DNA of 64,000 nt from Azolla caroliniana (lineage: Eukaryota; Plantae; Polypodiophyta), in contig JBHGNT010000004.1 of NCBI GenBank assembly GCA_043228905.1, positions 20,274,001 through 20,338,000 on the forward strand. The letters are read 5' to 3'. Position 1 is the first letter of the stretch. Each line of letters opens with the position of its first letter. Below are positions 1 to 11,100 of this stretch, in pieces. Made by a program: the position numbers and the translations under genes. A model generated the notes under the pieces. It was not told where the DNA came from, did not search any database, and saw only the letters and a list, made by a program, of their open reading frames with translations.

Positions 1-1501
1 GAGGAGACTTTCTCATCCTCCTATTGTATGTTGATGACATGTTGGTTGTCGGACAGAACTTCAAGAAAATTGGAAGCTTGAAAAAGGCACTAAGCAAGTC
101 GTTTGAAATGAAGGATATGAGTCCGACAAAGCAGATTCTAGGAATGCACATTGTCAGGCACCGAACAAAGAAGTTGTTGTGGTTGTCACGAGAGAAGTAT
201 GTGACAAAGGTGCTCCGGAGATTCAACATGCAAGATATGAAACCGGTCGGCTCGACTCTGCCGACAAACAACAAGCTGTCCAAGAGCCAATGTCTGAAGA
301 CAAAAGCAGGGAAAGCTGAGATGAACAAGATCTCGTATGCCTCAACAGTCAGAAGCTTGATGTATGCAGTGGTTTGACCCAGGCCGGACATTGCATATGT
401 TGTCGGAGTAGTCAAATGATTTATGGGTAATCCCGGCAAGGAGCATTGGGCTGCGGTCAAGTGGATACTTCGGTACCTGATAGGGACCTCAAGCATGTGT
501 CTCTGATTCAGCTCAGGTAACCCCGTGCTAGAAGGGTTCACAAATTCCAACATGTCGGCTGATGCAAATACGTGATGATGTTTGCAGGGGGAGCCATCTC
601 ATCACAGTTGAGGTTGTAGAAGGTTGTGGCTCTGTCAACCACCAGAAGCGAAGTATGTTGTTGTCGTCAAAGCCGGCAAGGAAATCGTATGGATGAGAGA
701 TTTCATCAGTGAGTTAGGAATGAGGCAGGAACAATTCCGACTGCACTGTGACAATCAAAGTGCCATCCACCTTGCTAAGAATGCCGCCTACCACTCTAGA
801 ACTAATCATATCCAGCGGAGATATCATTGTCTTAGAGAGAGGATAGAAGAAAGGGATTTTTTCTTGGTAAAGATCCATACAGACTACAATGGATCAGACA
901 TGCTGACCAAGGTGCTACTTGCAGACAAGCTGAATGCATGCTGACATCGAGTAGATCTGCTGAATTACACCATCCTGGAGTGAAGGGGGAGCTTGTTTGG
1001 ATAACTGTTCCCTCCGGATGGGATGAGTTGGAAAGCCAGGCCGGCAGAGAGCCAAATCGGATGTGAGCCAACAAAGAGCTGAATCGAATGAAGGCCGGCA
1101 GAGAGCCGAATGCTGATTCGGCCGTAGCTAATTAGAGGCTACATTTGTAAATAGACCATACTATGTATAAGTATAAATATAACTAGGGCAATCACTATGT
1201 ATGTGGACTGTGTGTGATCATCAAGGTTGTAATCACTGAGAAATCTAAGTGTGTGAGTGAGTGTGTGTATCCGTCTGCAAGACGAAGACGATCTCAAGGT
1301 CGTTGCCCGAGTCTCCTGCATTCTCTCATTCATATAGTGATTCTGTTTGGAGTCTATGAACTCCCGTGGTTTTTCCCATTTAGGGTTTTCCACGTTAAAT
1401 CTCGTGTCTTGTTGTCTGTGTTTTTTTTTTGTTTTCGGTTTACTCTCTTGTCTTTGCATTTTGTTTGCTGACCGGTTGTGGCCTGTCCCTCATTTACAAC
1501 A
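1..1501 (+). mobile_element. Ty1/copia LTR retrotransposon, 3' part (degenerate RT-RNase H, PPT, 3' LTR), antisense inside a SOS1 intron
   Basis: Translations give LYVDDML (RT) and LHCDNQSAIHLAKN...HSRTNHI...SDMLTK (copia RNase H), broken by stops and frameshifts. Polypurine tract GAAGGGGGAG at ~982-991. LTR runs TGTTTGG(994)...TACAACA(1501) and carries the common LTR motif GTGGTTTTTCCC..GGGTTTTCCACGT. Confidence 0.9.
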
Positions 1502-2163
1502 AGGGATATCATTACAAGATGTTCTATAATCTTCCTAATTGAAAGATGTTCTTGAACTCGTGATTTTTTCCCTTAAGCATAATGATAAATCTACCACGGT
1601 AATGTAGCCAGAAAGCAATTGCTCTTTGTCAAGGTAGAAGAAATGGAACCATTTACTGAATGTTATACGGAGATTAGTAGCAACCTTGAGTTGAATGAGG
1701 CAGCATTACTTATGACAATAATTAGCTAGATGTTCTATTCTGAGGTGGTGATTCATCTTCATGGTTTGCAAAATAATAGCTTCGAGAATACTAAGATGAA
1801 TTTATGCAAGCTCAAAAACGTCAGTTCCTTGCTTTGCAAGGCAGGTGATTCAATAGGTTCAATTAGTTAGCACAAACATAGAATACTATATGAGACAGAA
1901 TTTCACCTTCAAGAATCACTAGAAACCCGAAACAAGTACATGCTCAGAATAAGCATGCTATAATCATACTCTTGTACAGGAATAATGATGATATGACAAA
2001 TTTCAAAAACATTCACTAGATATGTGGGTTTAAACATTTGTGTATTGCTAGATCATTTATATGATGATCTCATTTTACATCTGAATCACTCATAATAAGC
2101 ATAACTTGGCTACCCTGGCTCATAGATGTTCATTTTTATCTCAGATAAAAATAAAATGCTTAC

Positions 2164-5100
2164 CCTGGCTCTCGTTTTTCCTGAAAGAATAAGATTGCCA
2201 AGTGAATCAGTCGTATCAGTTGCCTATGAGAAAACACAAAAAGAGATTAGTAAATATGTTTATTTTATTATGTGAACGAATAAATGTAACTAATTGAAAC
2301 AGAGTTTATGACTAAAGTAAATCAAAGTTTATAGTAGCACTGCCATAGATAAACAATATAATGCCTTTGATGAAATTGTACACATTATTCTTCAGAAAAC
2401 AAAATAGAATAATATATAATCAGGTTTATTTCAAAAAATTAAAGATTAAATAACTTCGATTATTATCTTACATAAACTGATAGAGATAAAGACAAAGCCA
2501 CAGCTCCTCTTAGACCACCCCATGTAAGCATAGTTGCCTCTTTCCAGGTTAGACCATAACCAAAATACCGTAGCCCAGGAAGGAGTGCCACTACAACAAT
2601 AGTGCGCGAAAATTGCAAAAACAAGTAAAGCAGAAAAAGGTACCCCCAATCTTGACCTGTACAGCATTGTGTATGTTAACGTAATAAACTTCCAACATTT
2701 GCATGAAGAACAGCTCTTATATTGACAAGGTATTTGGAACCTATGTATCACATTTAGTCTCTCTATTTTACTACTAATTTCCTGAACACTGGAAAGCAAA
2801 ACTAAAAGAGAACATAGCAGGCTTAACCTTCAATATAGTTGCGATTTTTAAGCATGCTCTCTGCAATAACCACACCACTGGCAGAAAAAATCAATGATGA
2901 GGTTTTTGTTTGCAGACTAAATGAAATCCAAAGATAATTATGAACATGTTCCAAACCTCAAAATAAAGATCAATGTGTTTGCAATATAAGAGACCATCTC
3001 CCTATGCAACACATTTGAAACAAATAACAAAATATCAGGAAATTGAGATAAAAAAAGAAACTATCTCCTTCTGCAACATATTTGAAAAAAAATGCGGAGA
3101 ACCCCATTAATATCAAGACTCACAGAATTCTATGAATTTTTACTCCCATTTTACATACTCTCAACAGGCCATTTTGGCCTCTTAAAAGATGTTAATATAT
3201 CTTTCCTTCATACTGAAAACTCAAAATTGTATTAGCACATTCAAAGCATACAAAGTTTACCCATTCTGGTAAACTACATACATTTTTTATTCCCTTGAGC
3301 TGACTTCATTCTAGTGGTCAGCTCATTAACATACAAATCAAGCATGAGAAATATTTGAATATATTATCTCCTGCACCACATTTAAAGATAAAGAATAACA
3401 CCATGAAAGAAACAAAGATATATAAACGTCTTTTAAGAGGCCAAAATTGCCTGTAACACCAAACAAGAGATACATCTTTCAATGTTGTCTTGTCTTTGAG
3501 AAACCAAAATAAATAAATTTATTTACGACCCAGAAATTCTTCATATTTTTACTCTTTAAGAATTTTCTTTCCATTTTGAATTCTTAAAAGATGCTTATAT
3601 ACTATTCTCTCATTTTGAAAGATGATGTTCAGCTTGACAGGCAGGTTTTGGAAAGGGGTTCACAGCTTTGGATCACATATTGACCCTCTAAGCTGTGGGA
3701 AGAAAATATAAAAGGAGAATCTATTGTTGTTTTGAGGATTTCCAGATAGCCTTCAACATTCACATGCTCAGCTCACACAGCAACTGGAAGCCCTGAAATC
3801 CCAGCATGTATGATATGGGGGATCTATGAACTATTTGAATCAGGGTCAGGAAAGTGCACAATTGGAGGTCATAATTAGCATCATTGGAGTAAAACAAGGG
3901 TGCCCACCATCACCCACTCTCTTCAGCCTTTATATAGATGTGATATTTAATTACATAGAGATTTTGAGTCATTCAGGAGTATCCCTAGCACCACTCAAGC
4001 ATGCTAAAGTGATGGTGTTTTAACACACTGAAGCATGTGTAACAATAGCAGAACCAGAATTCTTCTTGGGGAGAGGAAAAGGTCACATAGAAATGATTCT
4101 ACACATATATAGGCATACATTCACAGGGGCTTCCTTCTCCCTATAAGAGGCTGTTTGTGCCTGACTGTCTCAAAGATATGTGGCCTTTGGAGGCTTTGAA
4201 AGACAATGCACATATCCAATTCCGAAAGCCACAAACTAAATTGTGCTTGTTTAATATACTTGCAAACCAGCTCTTCTTATAGAGTAGAAATTTGGGGACT
4301 GGGCCTTCACAGGGCTCATTTTTTGACAGATTTGAAGAGAACTTTAGTATCCATGATTGCCAGCATGATAAGGAGCAATCTTCGGGGCCCATGATATAGT
4401 CTCGAAGAAGATAAGAGCAGCACCAATAGTGACTAAGGCATTATCCTGATCAGTGACTGATATCCAATAGATTTGGGAGCTCCCTAAGCAGAGCTACTCA
4501 AGGTTGGCACTTAGGACGTCACAACAGCTGGCTGAAAATGGAGACAGTCCTTGTTTATATGGTGAAATGCAAGAATGCTTCCAATCACATGGTGTAAATA
4601 TAAATGTACTACCCCCCTTCCAAAATAGTTTGGATTGTCTGCACTTGAGCATGATTAAAGTGGAAGAGAACGAATAATCCAAGCTGATATCATTACATTG
4701 GATAATATTAAAAAATGGATTGACCCCACAATACCTCTTTGTAGGAAGATGGCTGACTACAAGGCACTCCTTTTATGCACATCAAGGGATTGACTTATTA
4801 TCAAGCCTTCGAATGCAGATCACATCTCAAGCACTCCATAGTGTGACAGGCAGCTTAGGAAAGTACACTATTTCTGCCATTGTGGTATGTTTTATGAAAT
4901 AAGAGGGAAGAGTCCACTGCCTTGTCAAACAATGCTTTGACCCACTACGCAGGATCATGCAATAAAAATATCAGCAAGTGTGAGAATAGGGAGAAGTTGT
5001 TGAAGAACAATACAACCACAATAACAGAGGACAATCACAGCTTCCTTTAGCCACATCACTCATGCTACAAGTCAAACAAGAGCTACACAAGTGGGGTTCC

Positions 5101-8100
5101 AACCAAGACACTCAAAATGGGTCACAGTAGATCAGGTAATAGCAATGTGTCTGAGCTCATAGGTCACAACCATCTGAACCACAGCCTCATCAACGGATAA
5201 CGGCCACCTGGAACTGAAGATGCTCCTCTTGCTTCAGAGATCTCTCCATCTTAGAGAGTCCATGTTAGATGGAAGCCCAAAATATTTTGGTTTGCTCTCA
5301 AGGACAAGAAAACATGGTACGATGTAATCTCTTGTTTGGTCTTTTAGACCATTTTGGCCTCTTATTGAAAATCCAAAAATATATTAGCACATTCAATGAA
5401 TCTAAAGTTTACCCGTTCTAATGAATCAGATCCAGTTTCAAATCCTTTGAGCTGACTTTATTCTGGTGGTCATCTCATTAACATACAAATCCATTTTGGC
5501 CATTTTAAAGATGTTAATATATCTTTCTTTCTTTCATATTGGAAACTCAAAATATGTCGACATATTCAAAGAATCTAAAGGTTACCCATTCTAATGAATT
5601 AGATACAGTTTTGATTCCCTTGAGCTGACTTTACTCTAGAGATGAGCTCATTAACATCAAATCCATAAAGAAGAATGTTCAGTGAGGCTATTTGCAGGAT
5701 GTGTAACTTTGTTAGAGGGACGTGTTGAACCAGAATTCATGATCCTAATTGAAACATGAAATAAAATATACCAAAAGATATGCATGCTCTCTTGAGTTTC
5801 TCCTTTGAATACTGCCCTTGCAAAAACTGCAAAAAATCTACAAGGCACGCATATTCAGTGTGTTATCTGAAATTTAAATAATATAATGCACCAATGTATT
5901 ATGAGTAAAAATAGATCTTACATCCCAACAGTCATGACAGCCAAAACACCAGATACACTAGCTTCATCTTCTGCCTGAGAACAAACAAAAATGTAACTTT
6001 AAATTAAGTTTCTGGGACAGTGTCCCCATGATTCTAAAACAAATACATTTTTTCACTTTTGTTGAGGGTGATTTACAATAGAACCCAATAAAACAGCATT
6101 TAGCTTTTTGGGTTTTTTGTGGGGGAAAGAAAGATATATTAGTGACTTTTTAATACGCCAAAATGGCCTATAAGGCCAAAATAAAGAAACAAGGAACAAA
6201 GATATGTTAAAGACCTATCAAAGATCACAACTGATTATGTAGAGTCGTCAAGTAAGTAACAGAAGAAAAGCATACTTTTAACCTACCTTGTTCCAATAGA
6301 GATGACCTAGAATAGGCAGGTGATCCAAGTACATAGAATAAACATTTGACCTAGCTCGTTACAAAAGATTTAGCCAGGAATAGTCTTGGCGATAAAAATA
6401 TGCAGGGTTTGTTGCGAGATCCTAGGAAGACATATTGAATGTCATGTGATGATAGTTTCAATATGTAATTGGCCACTTTCATATGTGATTGCAGCAGCTT
6501 CAGGTGGAGATACATAAACACTTTCATCAAGAAACGAATACACTATCCTCTTTCATGAGCAGCCCACCTTTGTAGGGCTTATGAGATCCAGACCAGATAA
6601 TATTGGGGATCTTCCTACAAGAGCTTTAGAGTTATCGGGCATTAACACTACAAGAACACATATCATGCCGTACAAAGAGGCTTGTCACAAAGTACTTCAA
6701 CTCTCTGTGCCTTTCACCAACAGTTTTTACTAGTATTGCTCAATCCCCTCTACAGCTAGCATTGAGAATACCATGTGACCTCAAGATGTTTCTCTCGAAG
6801 GAATGAAAGAGAGTACTTCAACTCTCTGTGCCTTTCACCAACAGTTTTTACTAGTATTGCTCAGACCCCTCTACAGCTAGCATTGAGAATACCATGTGAC
6901 CTCAAGATGTTTCTCTCGAAGGAATGAAAGAGAGTACTTCAACTCTCTGTGCCTTTCACCAACAGTTTTTACTAGTATTGCTCAGACCCCTCTACATCTA
7001 GCATTGAGAATACCATGTGACCTCAAGATGTTTCTCTCGAAAGAATGAAAGAGAGAACACAAATGCCATATGACACTGAATGAAAGATTACATCTGAAAA
7101 TTTTCTATCAACTTGGGAAGCCACAACAATTGTAAATTTTGCCACCCATGACCTATGGGAAGATTGAGGAATGGTGGGGCTAAAGAAAGTCATGCCGTGC
7201 TTTCTCTCGATTGAGATCTATTGTGGTTGTATAGCTGACCTTCGACAACTTCTCTCCATGTCTCTTGTCTCTGTGTTTAGGGTTTAGGCCTCTGTCTCTG
7301 TCTCTGCGTTTAGGGTTTAGGCTTTGTCTCAGTTTCTGCATTTTCTGCAATGTCTGTCCTCTGTGTTTTCTGCAATGTCTAATCCTCTGTGTTTTCTGCA
7401 ATGTCAATGTCTGTCTACGTTTTCTGCAATGTCTGTCCTCTGCGTTCTCTACAATGCCTGATCCTCTGCGTTTTCTGCCAAATCTGATTCCCTGCATTTT
7501 CTGCCAAATCTGTTCCTCTGTGTTTTCTGCCCAGTAGAAATCCTGGAACCTATGTTGTTCCCTCTGCCATCAGCATCTCATACCCTGTACCTGCTGTCCT
7601 AAGACACCATGGAGTCTGAATGGACAAAAATGAAAAGATGGATCTTAATACGCATGACGAGGGTCCAGATCCATGTAAGACCCCAAGAAGATACCATAGA
7701 CGAAAAGGACGGGATGGAAGCACCCCAAATAGCATTAGGAGGGTGCACAAAGCACCCAGAACGTAGGCCCCATTCGACATTCCATTTGATGTCGAAAATG
7801 GGAAATATGATCTATTACGCCATTTGATTGCACAAGAGATCAATCTTATTAGAGAGGATATAGAAATAGCACTAAAAGAAGAAATGAAAAAGGAGATAGA
7901 GAAACAAAAAACAGAGTTGTATGCCTCTCTCAAGGCTGAGTTATTAGAAGAGATGCGGAAAGACATAATAAACCATGTGAAGAAATCACACTTAGATCTC
8001 AAGGATGACATGACACAATACCTTAAGGATGAAATATCCTCAAGTAAGGTTGGGTTAGGAGCTATAAAAGTGGATTTAGAAAAAGGACAAGACACTGTGG

Positions 8101-11100
8101 AAAGATGCATCTCTACAGTGAAAGCCAATGTCACTAAGGAAATGCAAACATGGGTAGACATGGCCAAAGATGCCAAAGCTCAAGCTGAGCACGCCCAAAA
8201 CGAAATTAAAGCAAATGGTCCTTGGATAGAGGTAGTGAAAAAGCAAAAAGGAACATCCATGGATAGGATGACAATGATTAATGCTACATTAGAAGAAGAA
8301 GCCAAGAGGAAAGCTCGTGTGTTGCATGTACGAGTGGTTGGTTGGGCCGAAAAAGGAAGTCCACAAGAAGATGCCAAGAATCTCAGAACAAAGATTGGAG
8401 CATTAGATATTCCATTTGCTTTGGCGTGGAGGGTGGGAAGAGATGAGTCTAGAGCTAAAGCCCTTATCATCCGCTTCATGGATATTGACAAGAGAAAAGC
8501 TTTCCTTTCTAAAAGAAAGGCACTCAAAGGTGAAAAAATATACTTAGATGACGATGTCACTCCGGCCCAAGTGGCACACCGCAAAGAAAACATGCCACAA
8601 GTGCTTCATGCAAGAAAGGAAGAAAAATGGGCCGTTTATAGAGATGGCAAGGTCATTATTACAGAGAAGAGGACTACATGACGATATATGGCCTATGAGA
8701 CCCTACGCATGACCATATGGAATTGCAACAACTCTCTATGGACAGATGTCGGATATTTTGAAGATACATTGAAAAACACAGATATTGCTATGTATACAGA
8801 GACTCACCAATGCATGGCTAGCAAACTCCTTGAGGTACAAGGATATAACTGGGAGTTAATATGTCAACCCCAACCTCGGACACAAGGAAGAACTAGAGGT
8901 TCGGGAGGAGTGGTTGTGTTATACAATACAAAAAGGAGCTCCATGATAGAGTGCACGTTGTCCATAAGGATGTAGATGCATGCTACATGTGGATACGAAT
9001 AAAAAGAGGGGATCTTAGGGAGTTATATATTGCAATTTGCTACTTTCCACCTACCTACTCAAGGTTTGCACCTCTAGGTGAATCACCATATCTACCACTA
9101 TATGATGATATCATAAGATTTGCTACTATGGGGGACATAATACTATTAGGAGATTTTAATGCATGAACCAAGGATGAACAATCAACTATGTTTATGGAGA
9201 AGTTATGGCAAAAGAGGTTGGTCTAAAGCGACAAGCTCAAGATATGACTGCAAACACTTTCTAGCCTTGGGAAGTGCGCATGGATTTGTGATATATAATG
9301 GCTTGTCACAATGGCCTGGATCAGATGCTTTGACATGTTGGAACCCAAAAGGGGGTGCAAGTACAGTGAATTATCTAATGGGATCTCCATCTCTTATACC
9401 TGAAATAAGAGTGTTCACAATATCAGGTAGACCTATTGGCTTGGCAGCAGATCATGCATATCTACGCTTCGAGGTAAAGGATGGATGCACAAAGGATGTA
9501 TATGCTAAGGAGAGTGGGCTGGCTAAGTATCTATTTACTCGCGAGACAATTGATGTGTATAGTTGTGGTGTATACAATGGCATGCTAGATTTGGATCCTT
9601 TTGCACTCCATGAAGAGCTTACTCAAGGATTGTCCAAATCATTGCATAAAGCAGCCACAAATGCCTTCCCTCACACATCGGCCAATCCCCCCAAACTTGG
9701 TAGAGTAATACAAAATAGTTGGTACGATGAGGAATGTCGTGATACAACGAGATGCTTGTAGCGTGATGTAACACAAGGCAGTTATACACACAACCAAGCG
9801 AGAGCAACCTTCCAACGCCTCGTAAGGAAGAAGAAGAGATTGTATTTGGCTAAATTTGAAGATCATTTGTATGGCTTGTTTCTAGGACAAGAGAGTAAAA
9901 GAGCATGGAAAATGTTTAATGAGAGGCAACCCACCACACAATTAACCTCACCACAGGTGTGGCATGAATGTGCAAATGTTCTATATGATATCTTGGGGCA
10001 ACCTCCTCTTCCCCACCCGAATGCCTCACGCCCACATGAATCAACCTTCTTTACACCACAAAATGTAAGAAATGCCATTGATCGGCTACAATTTGGGAAG
10101 GCCCAAGATCATGATGGATTGGTGGGTGAGCACTTTATCTATGCCCGTGACACCTTGCTCCCATTGCTAGCACACATCTTTAACAGAGCCATGTGTGACG
10201 GTTTCCCCCTATACGATACCCCGGGGCAACCTCCTCTTCCCCACCTGAATGCCTCACGCCCACATGAATCAACCTTCTTTACACCACAAAATGTAAGAAA
10301 TGCCATTGATAGGCTACAATTCGGGAAGGCCCAAGATCATGATGGCTTGGTGGGTGAACACTTTATCTATGCCAGTGACACCTTGCTCCCATTGCTAGCA
10401 CACATCTTTAATAGAGCCATGTGCGAAGGTTTTCCTACTGGATGGACTCAGCATACCATTGTGCCAATCCTTAAGAGTGGAGACCCCATGATGCCAAGCA
10501 ACTATAGGACAATCATGATTAGCCATTACTTGGCTAAACTATATGGCTTGATTCTTGAATCAGAATTGAGTATATGGGCAAAGCAAAATGGCTGCCGTTC
10601 AATTGGACAGGCAAGCTTTCGGAAGGGTTTCACAACTTTGGATCACATATTCACCCTCCGGGCCCTTATTGAGGAGGGCAGAGCCCACAATAAGAGGATT
10701 TATTGCTGCTTTGTGGATTTTCGAAAAGCCTTTGACACTGTGCCACGTGCTCGGCTTATGCAGCGGCTAGAGGCCATTGGTGTTCCTATAGATATGCAAT
10801 GGGGAATCTATGCACTCTATAAATCTGTTTCAGGAAAAGTTCGGTCTCCTAAGTGCTTGTCAGAGGCGGTGGCTAGCACAATTGGCGTGAAGCAAGGATG
10901 CCCACTATCCCCCACACTCTTCGGTCTCTATATAGATGAGGTATCACAGTACATAGAGAGATTTGGTGGTTCCGGAGCACCCCTAGCAGGTATAGCTATA
11001 CAGATATTACTATATGCTGATGATATTGTGTTGATCTCTGACTCTCCGGAGGGACTACAAAGACATCTAAATGCCTTAAAACTATTTTGTACGAACAAAG

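Noticed and set aside
7180-7537. ORFs 7180-7497 (-) and 7265-7537 (+) with Cys/Leu or Arg/Gln repeats
   Set aside because: Translations of the repetitive LINE 5' UTR.
7550-8593. Long antisense ORFs of 208 and 137 aa
   Set aside because: Shadows of LINE ORF1 on the opposite strand with no recognisable motifs.
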